From assembly GCA_964035545.1 (NCBI GenBank), contig OZ037767.1, forward strand, positions 26,304,628 through 26,368,627: 64,000 bases of DNA. Direction: 5' to 3'. Numbering within the stretch: the stretch's first letter is position 1; each line of letters begins with the position of its first letter. The notes beneath the pieces are model-generated. The model ran no database searches and was not told the DNA's origin. It saw only the letters and a list, made by a program, of their open reading frames with translations. This document shows, piece after piece, positions 13,101-32,576 of the stretch. This stretch comes from Bugula neritina. Its lineage: Eukaryota > Animalia > Bryozoa. Made by a program: the position numbers and the translations under genes.

Positions 13101-14434
13101 CAGGTTGACCCAAGTAAGAACTAATGCTAAGATCTTTGTAACCTTATTTTGCTAGGAATATTATGTTCACTCACAGAGATGGTGTCAGCAATTTGCATCA
13201 TCACATCAGTAGTCATGTTGGAGCTGTCCAATAAGTTGGTATACTCATACATGGTGTAAGTAAGATAGATGGGATTTTCTTCTGTCGTATCTTTTGTTAT
13301 TATTCTAAAATATAGTATAAACAGGTCATATATTACCTAATTTAGTACACACATATCTCTAGCTTTTAGCTATTCGTCAAAACTTTTCTGCTAATATATA
13401 TGTTTTTTTGCACTAAACTAATAGAATATTAACAAACCAAACTAAATAATTAAAGTTATTTTCTAATTTTGATTGATTTTCTATATTTTTCTTAGTTTTT
13501 TTAGTAAATTGGAATATGCTGAGAATTATGGTTATTTCATAACTTCAGCAATCACATTTTAACTACTAATATGGCAATTAAATGCACTTTATTGTTGTAG
13601 GTTTCCCTCTCGGCCTTTTTTTCTATACACATTTGCAATAATTAATCATAAAAAATACCACAACCTGTTAAATTTGTATGATTTTTGACTAATTTCAATT
13701 AATGGTATTCATTTGCTGGTGCATATGTGTACAAGATAAAGTATAAAGTGACCCAATTTACCTGTTCATTAATTAAATACAGATTTTATTGGCTTATTAA
13801 CTTGCTAATTATATTCAAAAAAGTAGTTCAAGTAAAATAATGTTTAGACTTACGGCATATACATGGGGTCATACAAAGTGCCCGTATCATCTGTAACTCT
13901 CTTGTTTGGCAATTTCTTCTTTGTTGCAGTTGGAGGGACGTAGTCAGAGTCATTGAACAGTGAACTGTTATATAGATATTCATGTAGCTTTCCAGGTACA
14001 TTATCGTATTCTGAAAGTACAAGTAAGTAAAGAGTATTAGCTTCAAATTTTTTACTAACAATAATATGCAGTGTACCTTTTATTATTTTTATCATGTAAT
14101 TTGTTAAGTTTTAACGTTAACTCATACTTTTTAATGAAGATATAATTTTACAGAAGTCAACATTCAACAATTCTATAAATCAGCTAAAGATGCTTTTATT
14201 AAATTAAAACTCCACATATATTTTGAGAAGAAATTTTTATTGTTCAAGAAAACTAAACAGTTTGCTACAAAATAAAATCTCACCTCCGTCATCATTGGGA
14301 ACCATCCCTATCGTACCGCCGGTATAAATGAGCATCACGTGTCCATAGCTAACTGAGCTGTCACTCAGAGAAGTTGTTTTCATGGCATGTGCCCTCTTTG
14401 TATTCTGTGTTCTCGATCTGACAGAAGTCATCAT
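6854..14434 (-). CDS. ASPG: L-asparaginase with C-terminal ankyrin repeats (60 kDa lysophospholipase/ASPG-like), ~613 aa, 15 coding exons
   Basis: Exons (minus): 14284-14434, 13854-14010, 13175-13304, 12574-12691, 12278-12372, 11948-12074, 11587-11727, 10871-11025, 10377-10490, 9984-10097, 9678-9776, 7961-8085, 7606-7728, 7321-7420, 6854-6946. All are GT-AG with consistent phase (1842 nt). Motifs: [62 protein letters not shown]; ankyrin motifs [23 protein letters not shown]. Confidence 0.93.
7077..7136. repeat. (TA)n microsatellite in the last ASPG intron
   Basis: Direct sequence. Confidence 0.95.
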
Positions 14435-17400
14435 TTCAATCTTTCTATAAAGCCAAGTTTAAACACCTCAAGCTTTGACAGCGAAGTATGTTGTAATGAC
14501 TCAGATTAGAATGCCTGCAAACATTTATGCAGATGAAGAGAAGCACAATAACAAACTCGATCCGACCCGCCAGGGGTGCTTTGTTCAAAAAGTTTTTAAG
14601 TGGCAAGAAGCTTTTGTATGCAGCTTTAGAAAATTGACCGAGTTTTTGCACAAACTGGCTATAGATGAGTTATAAGTAAGAAATGTTTTTGTTTAGCTAG
14701 AACAACAAAAGGTAGAGCTGCACTTGAGCAATGTTCATTGACGCAGACAGAGAGACTATTCATTCCTAAAGATATCACCTCCCCGGTGTTTTGATTAAAT
14801 GCTGTTTGTGCATTGATGTCCTCAAGCAATTATTTGTATTTTTCTAAAATTCATATAGTGAATGCACAACATCAAGTTTCTGCCTGGAGTTTCTTATTTT
14901 AGATCCAACTATGTAAATAGCTAACTTTTGCACTTAAACAATGTTTACCTACTCCTTAGCTATTGATCTTACATGGCTTCTCATTTTTTTGTTTTTCATT
15001 TAGTGCTTTTTTGAGTCAATATATCAGCTGATCAAAACAGTTTAACAAGCTTTCCACTCAATTTATTGTTGACACCTTGCTCATTAATAACATTCCAAAT
15101 AACTCAACGCAAATCAGAACTGTAATGTACCCAGTGACCGCGATTCAACCTTCCTTCAAGGCTTTACATTTTCAATAAAAAAACTTTGCAAAATAACAGT
15201 TTAAAAAAAAAATATTTACTTATATCTGCAAAAAGGTCCTGAATATTCTATGTTATTAAAATAGGTCAATATGATAAGAGATATGTTTTTCTCACCAAAA
15301 AAATGCATCGAATTTTAATTATGTTTATTATTTACGGAGTCGAACAATGTAGAAGTTCTAAATGCATTTCTAATAATGTCAGTTTTTATCAAACAATAGC
15401 TATACCACTAGATAAAATAGTCTCTATATAATGTCTATATAATAAGTACAACTGCCTACTAAAAACAAACATATTTAATTAATTACACTTCAAAACATTG
15501 ACATTTTGTAAATCTCCTATTGAAAAATAGCAGGCGTAGTCTTGGAGAGCTGAAGGTTGCATAATTAATTTCACTTAAACTTATACCAAAAAGCTATAAT
15601 AATTTTAAAAAACTAGCCATATACAAAAAAGTGTGATCTTGAAACTCAAATGCACATTATTAACTTCATTTAGTTGTTGTTCTATTACACCTCTTTCAAT
15701 GCCAAATATTGAAAATAACGAGTTTGATAATCATAATACTAGAGTAGCCAGTAGAATTTATAATGTGATGCATGTAGATAGATGTGGTGCAGTGATGATG
15801 AAATTAAGAAAATCCCGTGTTCTAGATTACAACACTTTTAAAGATATAGCAAGAGAAGATATGCTCTCATTAGAAAATTAACCCAAAGTGATTTAGGAAA
15901 ATTGAAGAACTTGGGCTACTGAATTTTCTCCTGTGCAGCACTTAAATTGGTATGTTTTGCACAACATGTTTTGCACTTTTAATCATGTTTGAATAATTAA
16001 CGGTTTTTGAATCAACCGAGCAGCTAAAGCGTGCTGTAAACAACTTTCTTGGATTTTCATTGAATAGAAAAACTTTCTTTACAAAAGAAATTTTTATGTT
16101 GAAAATACCTACAGCTGTGTTTTTCACAAAAACAGTCTGATGTTGACAGGCCGTAAGACATCAACTAATATACAGTGTTGAGTTACCAATCTTTCTATTA
16201 GCACAACACTTTTGTTTGCCGGGAATTGCATGCAAAGTGCTTTTGCACTGAATACCAAGCCCCTGACACTGAGGCAATGTCAGATAAACACAAACTGGCT
16301 GCAAATTTTAGCTCAGTGATTGTAAACAATAGTATGAGCTAAATTCCATGAAGCTTAGCTTTTGTTCATTAGCTTTTGCACTAAACACTTTCCAAATACA
16401 GGACTAAGTATCAATAAGGAGTTTGGTAAAGCTTAATCAATGAATAGAAACACCTGTATTTATACATGCAGATCAATAAGTTTAGTTTAGTGACGCAAAC
16501 AATGCCAGCCAGGGTCGTTGAGCATTTGCATGCAAAATCTTTGCATTAAAAATGATTATAAGCAGGTTTCATCATTGCGCATGTTTCATGCTTTTATAAA
16601 AAATAAACTTTATTTTTGCACCTGATCTGTAAGTGAATATTTAGAAGTATCATTTTTATAATCACCAAACTAGTTTCAATAAACGGATGTCCTCAGAAAT
16701 AGTGTTAGTCATCAGCTAAAGTGACTATTTAGTCGAATTACTTAAGAAAAGTCGCAAAAGATTAAATATGGCTATATATAATAGCTTTCTAGCCGGACGG
16801 TAATTAGTTTGCATACAGTGAATTGGCCAGTTGCTGCTGATGTTATTTACTGACTTTAAGTTTTTAGTTTACTAAATAAGCCCAAAGAAAATTATGCAAA
16901 GATTCGAAGTTGTCTTTTTTGCATAACTTGTGGTGTACTAGATAAACGAATAACGGACAAAAGCCTTAACAAAGTCATACAGGTCAATCATTGCTAAAGT
17001 TAGCACATTTCCAGCCTTATTAGCACAGCAAATCTGTATATTATACAAATTTACATTTACTTTACTTACTTACATATTTAATTAATTTACTTATTAATAT
17101 ACTTACAGTTACTTTTAAATCTATATAATAATATATCTCTTATGTCAAATGGATGCACTTTATTTTTTTCCTCTCCTTTTACAAAAGTGTTCTTAGTTTT
17201 GCTAAACATTTTGCATTGACTAAAAACAAACAGGATGCTTATTTATAATATTTCTATAACAAATACAGTCAAGGTTCATTGTTTAATCCTGCTTTTCAAT
17301 TTTTAGTTTCTCAAACAAGGTCTTTCAGCATTTTTTAAAAACATAAGCACAAATAACAAGTAACAAAGCATGTTTTTCTCAAGATCTGAAGCTAGTTTCT

Positions 17401-17649
17401 GAATGGAAAAAAAAACAAGTCCTAATTGTTCATTAGACTGTCTTCAATAATATGTTTACCCTATTTTTTAAAGTGATGTAGTCTTTTCCGTCATAAAAAA
17501 TATTTATTAGCGTTAAGTGAAATCATTATAGCAAGGAATTTGACCAAATGTTGAGATTAATATAGTGTATGAACAGGTAACAATTTTATTGCAACTCTTA
17601 TTTCTGGTCAGGTATTTTACAGTGTACATTGAGCATTATTATTATTATT

Positions 17650-18678
17650 ATTGTTTGCTGATGAAACTAGTGTTTTCTCCACAGATATTATAGACTTACA
17701 GCACGCGGAGTTAACAAAATTAGTCAATTGTGTGTAGCAAACAAACTTACAATAAATTCACAAAAAACCTTGTCTATGCATTCCATGAATCCCAAAAACA
17801 TATTTTAAAACCTTTTAACCCTATAGTTTTGAACAACATACCTATCTTAAATGCAAATTGCACTTAATATTTAGGAATTATTTTAGATGAACATATTTTT
17901 TTAGTAAACATATAGCAAAAATTTGCAATAAATTAATTTATGTAATTTCAATGAAGTATTTAAAGAAGTATTTTAACACAAAAACAATGGTTGACATTTA
18001 CTATACATTTTTTTATCTACATTTAATTTATGGTTTAAAGTTTTGGAGTCATGCTGGTACTTTATAGCTTGATAAAATTTTGATTTTGCAAGAAATAGCA
18101 TTGAGAATAATTGTAAAAATAAAACCAAGTGAAACTGTGGTAAGCAATTTTGCCATCTTAAAAATCATGCCTATTAAAATGCCATTTAAATTCCGATACC
18201 TTTTGCATTTTATTACAATGTTACCTTAAATAGCAAAATTAAAAAAACTATCCATAGATCATAATTATGAGACAAGATTGAAAGTCAGCAATGCAATTAA
18301 AACTAATAAATTTAAAACAAACAAAAGGTAAAGGTCTATGTTATTTGAAGCTGCAAAGTTGTTTAATAAATATTTATATGATTTTGAAAGCATGAATTCT
18401 GGGATGGTGAAGTCAAGGTTAGAAGATCATCTATGGACGGAGTATGGTGCTGCTGGTACGAATGGAGCCTCTTTGCTGTAATGATTAGGCAGGGGTTTTT
18501 TTATCCTATAGAAAGTCGGGCTGTCTCCTTACTAGCTTCACGCTATCGGACAGTATCCTTTTGCTTCTTCTTTTTGTACTCTTTCTTTTTCCATAGCTTA
18601 GCTTAATATTTTTATTTTTTTATATTTTTTTTCTATATTTATTATTAGAAGCAGTAAATTAAAAACAACAACAACAGC
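17650..18678 (+). mobile_element. 5'-truncated, degenerate CR1/L2-type LINE (RT C-terminus plus 3' UTR)
   Basis: Starts at an LFADET (FADD-like) motif, has stops and frameshifts, and ends in a (CAA)n tail. It is the reverse-complement homolog of 30273-31310. Confidence 0.8.
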
Positions 18679-18881
18679 ATAAATACTGAACTGATCTAAA
18701 AACTGCAACGTCAGTTTTAACTAGATTTCTAAACTCAGTGTGAGATATTAGCTAGCAGCATGCATCTGAGACAAAAACATTCAGAATATATTACATTATT
18801 ATACTGTAAATAGATATAAATTATAATATATATTATGAAATGTTCTGAAAAAGGTTCAAAAATGTAAAGTGCAGGGAAGTT

Positions 18882-18968
18882 GCTTGCATACAGCAGGGTG
18901 GTCGGTCTTTTAGGGTACTCATACTGTATAAGTACCCTTAAAGACCGACCACCCTGCTGTATGCAAGC
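18882..18968. repeat. 87-bp near-perfect palindrome (43-bp arms, 2 mismatches, 1-nt spacer)
   Basis: GCTTGCATACAGCAGGGTGGTCGGTCTTTTAGGGTACTCATAC-T-GTATAAGTACCCTTAAAGACCGACCACCCTGCTGTATGCAAGC. Confidence 0.95.
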
Positions 18969-19407
18969 TGAGTGATACTCTAGGGATAGACATACCGGTC
19001 TAGCCTAGCATGCAGTGGTCCCAGTGTGTTGATATGATAATATTATGATAAGTTTAAACAGAAGTCAAAAATGTTTGTTAGATATGATTAGACATTTTAA
19101 AAAGTAAAGTTATCTGACCCCACTTAAGGCCTAGTTTTCTTAACCCATTATAAATACTTTAGTAAGCAAATTTTTCAATTTCAAAACTTAAAGGTGCATG
19201 CACACTGTGTGTAATGCTAGTATTATATAATATATATCTAATTATTATACATGTACTGGTTAAATTTTTGTAAGTCTTAAAATTATTTACATGGTACCAG
19301 ATGAGGTGATATATGAGCAGCATTTTCTAACTGCAACCATCACAAAATCTGATCGAAGTATGCAACTTGAATGCACAATTCTATTATGTCCACATTTTAA
19401 TATTAGG

Positions 19408-19479
19408 CCAATAAAATCGAGTCTGTGCATATGTTCTGAAAATGTATTGGCTGACTGAACCATAAACATGTTTTATTGG
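19408..19479 (+). promoter_or_regulatory. Triple CCAAT/ATTGG (NF-Y-type) box cluster, putative promoter of NTAN1-like copy A
   Basis: CCAAT at 19408, ATTGG at 19446 and 19475. The same triplet precedes copies B and C, followed by a conserved donor (ATCAG|GTA at ~19588) suggesting a non-coding first exon. Confidence 0.55.
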
Positions 19480-20016
19480 TTGATCTGTTTAAATACGCAT
19501 TGTGCAAGTGCCTGATTGTATGATATATATATTTTTTTACTTACTCAAAAATTATTTAAGCTCACAGTTAGCCACTTAGCAGCATCAGGTAGACAGTGGT
19601 TTACTTTGAATAGCAATTATTGTTAACCCGCATTTACTTCATAAACAGTTCACCATTTATAAAATTTTGAAGCACAGTTGTGCAGAAATATTTGACTTAT
19701 AATAGGTTTTTATGCAAATATTTTAATTTGAGTTTAAAGATGGTGGTAGTGTTATCTTAATTATTCATGTCACACCTGTTTGGATAAATCTTAATTCTAA
19801 TCCCACTTACTTTATCCAGTTTCTCTTTTCTAAATTAAGCTTTAAATCATGTTTTCTACACTTATTTTTTCCTAATTTGCTGAACAAATGAACCTTGTTG
19901 TTACATAATTGGATAAGATAGAAAACTTCTTTTAATCAATGAAGTAGGAAAATTATCACAAAGCATCTTACATAAAATTACTTGTTGTTTCAGTCAGAGC
20001 CCAACATTGCGCAGCC

Positions 20017-25231
<5,215 letters not shown>

Positions 25232-27199
25232 AGTTTAGAAGGTGAACTCTGGAGCATCTCTTTAACCTTTTTATGAACCTCTAAAATTAATTAGTGTGTT
25301 TTCAAAATGGAGATATGTCTTATGACTTTTGTATGCTTAAAACATTGTATTACTCACTATTATTTCTATTCAATCATATGTATTACACTGCTAGGTCTGA
25401 ATGTAAAACTGTTATACTTTTGTCGCATACATTTTTGCTATTCACCAAATTTGATTTGATGTTACATCAATTTTTACGATAATCATGTGAAAATTATTGC
25501 TTTTACAATCTTCAATACAAATGAAAATAATCGTTTTTAAGTATATGAAGGTTGAATCCACGTAGATTGTTGGAAGACTTATTGCAAATTACCTTCCATG
25601 TATAATAAGATAACTCCTATGTCATCAAATTTCACATGATGTAATATATTATAAAAATATGCTTGGCTGCATTTCACTGTTATATTAATTTCAAAATTGC
25701 ATGGAACAAAATTGTTACTTATAATTAATTAATAATTACATAGTCAATGATCTGTAGCAATATAATATAATTAAAATTATTAAAGCAACCCTTCATGACC
25801 TTGTAAGTGTATATAGCACTTTTAAGCCTATAAGCAAAATAGTTGCATTAGACTGGTTAAAGTTTAGTCACAATCAACTTATAGCTGAGTCATCTAATAT
25901 ATATATTTGCTATTAGCAGTGAGGGATAGTTAGACGCCCCATTCTATCTATACTAGGATATCTGGCTATCAAATAGCCCATCAACTGTAAGCAGATACCC
26001 GTGCCATGTAATAGATGCACATTTAATTATTGAGTTATTTCCATAAGAACTGTAAATATCAGACAGGAAAATTAGAAACTAGCTCATGGAACAAAGTAAA
26101 TATCAGTTGACACACCTGCCGAGTGGTTGCAAAAATAAAAATAAACTATAAACTATATTTGATTATTGGGCTATCATTCTATAGTTTATTTGACTTTATG
26201 TTATAGTAAGATTAAAACAGCAGTGAATGTGTAATCTATTTATAGGCCAACTACGGGATTGATAACTCCTATAAATTGATGATAAAATGGGACAAAAGTC
26301 ATTATTACTGAAATAAAGTAAAATTTTGGCAAATCAAACAAAAACCAAAAACCAACTCAGTTATATTGAACATACAAATAATACTATAGTTGTACAAAAT
26401 ATGCAGTCAAGTTCAAGATATTGTTTATTAAGCTAATAATTAATGTTTAATTATAAATTGTTATAATTTGTTAATTGTTTGTTTGTTTGTTAATTTGTTA
26501 ATTGTTACAAATTGTTAATTTGCAATACTTTGCATGTTGAATGTATTTACATATTTTTTGTTGTAAAATTGAATGAAATTGTCACCATGTTTATATAAAG
26601 AGTTTGTAGTATCTTATAACAATGTTGTTTTCAACTATAAGTGTAATTGAAAAAAAAACATGTATATATAAGTTACCTGTAAAACAGTGTTAGTTAAGTT
26701 ATAGGGTAACCTAGTAAGGCATTCAGAGAAAAAGTATGAGAAAAAATTTGCAATTTATACAACAGCTATTGCTAAAAATCAAACACATAAACTGAAAGAG
26801 TTTTATAAAAGTTTATATATATTTTCAGAGCAATTGTCCTTACTATATTATATTAAGCTTGCAAACAGTATTTGATAAAATATATTTCAAGTCTGTTAAA
26901 TAAATCTTCACCACTTGTCATTCATTATATGCTAATAGTCAGTCATTATATGTATATGTATTATATGTATAAACTTATTAAATGTGTTTTCTCTTTATAT
27001 ATATGACAAGAGTTGAACATGTGAGATAGAATTCCTCACTCTCAGCTCACTCATTTTGTCTTCCCGGCCTCATTTTTTAAGTGGAGATATACAAACGCAA
27101 TTGTAGTTAATTGATATTTTTTAATTTTAAATTCTGTAGCCTGGAAATTCTGTTAAGCATAAACTGCTATTTTTTTACATGTCAGACTGCATGAAAACA

Positions 27200-27572
<373 letters not shown>

Positions 27573-27574
27573 AA

Positions 27575-29420
27575 AGCAGATCTTTCCATAGAAATAACAA
27601 TATTTGCAAAATCAAAATTATTTTTTAAATTATCTATATATTGATGGTGCACTACTCACTGCATTAAACACAATTTAAAAGCCACTATTGATGCATGCAC
27701 ACACAGCATGCTATACTGCATTTATACCATCTACATAAATGTAAGATCTAAAAGTGCAGTGGGCGTACTCTTGGGCAACACGTTGCTGTAAGGAAAAACT
27801 ATCTGTAAGCAATTTAACATGCTATTGTGTCTGCAAAATAGTGGTTTTAGCTGATTAAAAAGCAGGTCAGCAATGTCAGCTGTGTTATAAATAACCTAAA
27901 TGCAATGTCACTGTCTCTGTAAAAAATTTAAATATTCTCTTCTGAAATGAATCGAACTTCAGGACAAATGTCTAACCATAAATTAGCCTTGCTATTTTGA
28001 AAATTTTAGTCAACCAGCGTACTGTTATATGCGTTTTTTAAATTATATGGCCTGTGAAATTTCATATTAGAGTCACATGCAAGTAACATCTGCCAGTGCA
28101 AGCTTATGGTTTTATTTACAATACTACTTGCTACCATTTCACAAGAAATTTATTCAAGTATACTATTGCATTCAGCCTTATAAAAAAAGAGCGAAGTAAA
28201 GTTGTGTTTATACTTTCATGACTTTCAATCAGAAATTCAATTGGGCCGAGTTGAAATTTCAACGAGTTGCATTGCATTGTAAAAGCCACTCGTCAAAATT
28301 TTTGTACTGTGATAACCTAATCAGCCGAGTTCAGAATAATACTCAAAAGGAGTAATAACTCCTTGTGGATATCGTTATTTAATTATGACTTTGTCGATTA
28401 GATGACATACTATAAATAATATGTTCATAATTATATCGCCTATGCTTTCTATGCTTTTATGCTGTCAACTTTACTAATTAATGGCATTTTCAAAAGGCAT
28501 CAAACATCGATTAGGCAAGTCAGAATTCACTTTTAGAAAGTAAGCTTCCGCAACAATATGTTTTCACCGAGTTTCAGTTGGACTATAAAGGGGTACTCAG
28601 ACGAGTGTTATTACCTGAAACTCGGTACTTTTTCAGCAAAGGTATAAACACAACTTAATACTTTTACTAACACCCACCCCTATTTATGTGGCTATTTTCA
28701 TAATAATGTTCATTTAAAATGTCATTTCTATTGCTAATTTCGAACATCTCACTTCTAGATATTAGATACTATATTTTACTTTCACGATACATGCATGATT
28801 TAAGTCTTATACAAAGTTTTAGAACAATAAGCATAATACAGTTATCCCAAAAAGCAAAATCCGTGTAATTGTTTTAGCTAATCTAGCTGGGGTGATTGAA
28901 ATATTATTTAGGAAACATTACAAATGCAAAGAAAGTGGTGATGAAGTGTAATGCCCAATGTAGTAAGTGTACAACAGTGGTTAGAAAACCAGAACATTAT
29001 AAAATGTTATTTAGTTACTTGATATAACAACATTTTAGAATTTATTGTAGCATTTTAATTCGAAATATAAGGTAGTACAAGTACATGGTATCATACAAAA
29101 TTCTTGTGTTGGCTTTTAAACTCTCCACGTCTTATACCAATGGCCTTTTCTGAGATTCAAATCAAAATGAATGAATAACGCTTATTTTCTGCTGAAAAAA
29201 CTAGATGAGAAAAGACTAAAATTTAGAAGGTAAACCCTGGAGCACTTCTTTAAGCATTTCATCAACTTATGAAATTATGTTGAATAGGTTGCATCTTATT
29301 ATATTTTACTTAGTATATTGTTTTTGCATGTGTATGTTATAAGCACAGTATAACATTGTATTTTTTTTTCTTTCTGATAAGTCTGAATGTAAAATTATTA
29401 TACTTTTGTCAGAAATTGTT
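27575..29420 (+). pseudogene. Decayed 3' remnant of a further NTAN1-like copy (intron 8/9 sequence, exon 9 missing, exon 10 acceptor mutated)
   Basis: 28905-29420 is homologous to intron 9, exon 10 and 3' UTR of the other copies. At ~29189 CTGCAG has become CTGCTG before AAAAAACTAGATG. No exon 9 sequence lies between the intron-8-like and intron-9-like blocks. Confidence 0.65.
28199..28656. mobile_element. 458-bp MITE with 15-bp terminal inverted repeats
   Basis: AAGTTGTGTTTATAC...GTATAAACACAACTT. Paralogous empty sites at ~36690, ~41350 and ~48978 (GAG..AGGTATACTTTTACTAA). Confidence 0.75.
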
Positions 29421-30272
29421 TATTAAGCGGTGGGCATATCTTGTGGAACACTTTGTTGTAAGGAAAAATTATCTAGAAACAATTTTTTATGCTGTTTCGT
29501 ATGCATTAATAATAGTTTTAGGTGGTTCTAAAAGGTCAGCAATGTCAGCTGTGTTATAAATAACTATGATCAATACTCTAAATACAGGTCACTGTGAAAA
29601 TGTAAATATTTTCCTTTGAACTGAATCAGTTTTAGGATAAATTACGTGAAAAGCATAAATTAGCGTTGATATTTTTAGAATTTTAGTCAACCAGTTTACT
29701 GTTATATGTGTTTTTTAAATTATGTGAGCTGTGAAATTCTACATATCATAGACACATGCACGTAACATCTGCTAGTGCAAGCTTATAGTTTTCTTTATAA
29801 CATTACATGCCACCATTTCACAAGAAATTATATGGGCTATGAAATTTTACAAACAATAAATTAGCATATATATAAACAGTTTCTTAGATACATTTAGTAT
29901 GCCAATCTATTTTATTATTGCCTTCACCACTATTTTAATATTTTTGACTAGTGTTTCAACTACAAAAGAGCTAACTCCGCAGCATTATACATATTATCAA
30001 CAATCATTAAAGTTACTATAGTTACTATTGGATTATGCAGAGAAAATATTCTACCAAACTATGCCAAAATAAATTTATGTTGGGCAAACTTGAAATATGA
30101 AAAGTTCATAAATAAACATTTAGAAGGTGCAAAGAATTTTTTTGCTACATGCATATAGTCGACTCGCTGAGCGTTTAGCATCATTTCCCAGTAAAATATC
30201 TTTATTTCATAGCAATTATGTAGACATTTCTGAGAGCTCGCAGCTGTTTGAAAAATTTAAGCACCTGCTGAG

Positions 30273-31860
30273 ATTGTTGTTGGTTTTAATTGATTACTTC
30301 TAATAGTAAATATAGAATGAAAAAGAGAAAAAATAAATAGAAATCTTAAGCTAAGCTAAGGAAAAAAAGTAGTACAAAATAAGAAGAAGCAAAAGGGTAC
30401 TGTCTGATAGTTTGAAGTTAGTAAGGAGACAGGTCGACTTTCTATAGGATAAAAAACCTCTGCCCAATCATTACAGCAAAGAGGCCCCATCTGTACCAGC
30501 AGCACCATGCTCCATTCATAGACGGTCCGCTAACCTTGACTTCACCATCTCAGAATTCATGCTCTCAAAATCATATAAATATTCATTAAATAACTTTGCA
30601 GCTTTAAATAACATAGACCTTTGCCTTTTGTCTGTTTTAAATTTATTAGTTTTAATAGCATTGCTGACTTTCAATCTTGTCTCATAATTATGATCTACTG
30701 ATGGCTTTTTAACTTTGCTATAAGGTAACATTGTAATGAAATGCAAAAGGTATCGAATTTAAATAGCATTTTAATAGGCATGATTTTTAAGATGGCAAAA
30801 TTGCTTACCACAGTTTAGTTTTATTTTTAGAATTATTCTCAATGTTTTTTTTGCAAAATCAAAATTTTATCAAGCTCTAAAGTACCAGCATGACCCCAAA
30901 ACTTTAAACCGTAATTTAAATATGGATAAAAAAATGTATAGTAAATGCCAACCATTGTTTTTGTGTTGAAATACTTCCTTACATGTCTCATCGTTAAAAT
31001 CACATGAATTATAATTTATTGCAAATTTTTGGCTATAATATGTTTACTAAAAGAAATATGTTCATCTAAAATTATTCTTAAAACTTGAGTGCAGTTTGCA
31101 TTTAAGATAGGTATGTTGTGCAAAGCTATAGGATTCAAAGGTTTTAACAGGTGTTTCTGGGAATCCATAAAATGCATGGACAAAGTTTTTGTGAATTTAA
31201 AATAAGTTTGTTTGCTACACAGAGTACACACCGTTGACTAATTTTGTTAACTCTGTGCTGTAAGTCCATAATATCTGTGGAGAAAACACTGGTGTCATCA
31301 GCAAACATTATATTTTCTAAGGTTGGAATATTTTCTGCTAAATCATTAATAAAAATTAAAAACAGCAGTGGTCCAAGATTGAAGCCTTGTGGCACACCAA
31401 TATTTACCTATTGAGTAGTTGATAGAATATTATTGATATTAACAAACTGTTTTCTATTCGAAAGGTAACTCTTTAAAAAGGTGGTGGCTAAATTAGAAAA
31501 ACTATAAAATTCTAACTTTTTAATCAAGATTAAGTAATCAACTGTATTGAAAGTCTTCGAAAAACCCAGAAACATACCATGTGTTATTATTCTGCAATCT
31601 AGATTATAGTAAAGATTTTCATGCAATCTGTTTATTGCACCAGTGGTGTTTCGTTTTTCACAAAAAACATACTGATTTTTTACAAAAAAGAACTTTACAA
31701 TCCTCCATGTAGGTACGGATTTGCTTGATCATGATTTTCTCTATTACTCTTGACAACACTGGCAAGATTGAAATAGGATGATAGTTGTTAACATCAAATT
31801 TACTTCCCTTTTTGTGCAATGCTGTTACTCTTGCAATTTTGAGACAGTGGGGGAAAATTG
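30273..31860 (-). mobile_element. Degenerate CR1/L2-type LINE reverse transcriptase fragment
   Basis: Broken RT motifs YHPISILPVLSRVIEK, FSKTFNTVDY, GVPQGFNLGPLLFLIFINDL and MFADDT (ORFs 31408-31626 and 31144-31395). Same 3' end and CAA-type tail as 17650-18678. Absent from the paralogous region upstream of copy C (~43600). Confidence 0.88.
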
Positions 31861-31977
31861 ATTTTAATATTGTTTATTAAATATGTGATCATATTTTCCA
31901 TTACCAACTATTTTACAATGTAATCAACATATGCAGCTCAAGGCACAATTTTATTATGTCAGCATTTCAATATTAGG

Positions 31978-32049
31978 CCAATAAAAACAAGCATGTACAT
32001 GTTCCAAGCAGTTATTGGCTGAATGAACTAAATAAACATATTTTATTGG
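31978..32049 (+). promoter_or_regulatory. Triple CCAAT/ATTGG cluster, putative promoter of copy B
   Basis: CCAAT at 31978, ATTGG at 32014 and 32045; donor ATCAG|GTAGG at 32160. Confidence 0.55.
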
Positions 32050-32576
32050 CTGATCTGTGTTTATATCATTATGTAAGTGTCAGGCTGTATGGTATAATTA
32101 TATGCCTTGACATATACTCAGTATCTATTCAAACTTGCAGCTAGTTTATAATAGAATCAGGTAGGCTGTGTTTTATTTTAAATAGCCATCAATATCATGC
32201 ATTTGCTTTGTCAGAAACTTTACTGTTACTAAAACTTTGCAGCACAAATGTTCGTCATGTTATTTAATTCACATCATAGTTATTTGAATAAATTTTATTT
32301 CTAATCCCATTTAGTTAATCTTGTTTATTTTCTAAGTTAAGCTTAAACCATTTTTTCTAAAAATTTTGTTGTTATACTTTAAATTAATCAAATTCCTTTG
32401 AAAATTTGTTGTTTAACTATAATTTATTTTTTGCAAAATATATGCACGAACACTGTTTTGCTTAGCTGGAAAATATATTGTGTTATTTTAATCAAGAAAG
32501 GCCTAAAGATTATTTTTGCAAAGCATTTTGGATAAACTTGTTTGTTGTTTTAGTCAGAACCCAACACTGCGCAGCC

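Noticed and set aside
14445-14675. ORFs just upstream of the ASPG start
   Set aside because: No recognisable motifs. An AG acceptor at 14445-14446 (minus strand) suggests this is 5' intron sequence; the upstream exon could not be located.
25880-26250. Possible Helitron-like insertion (TC start, short hairpin) downstream of copy A
   Set aside because: Could not define convincing termini or a CTRR 3' end.
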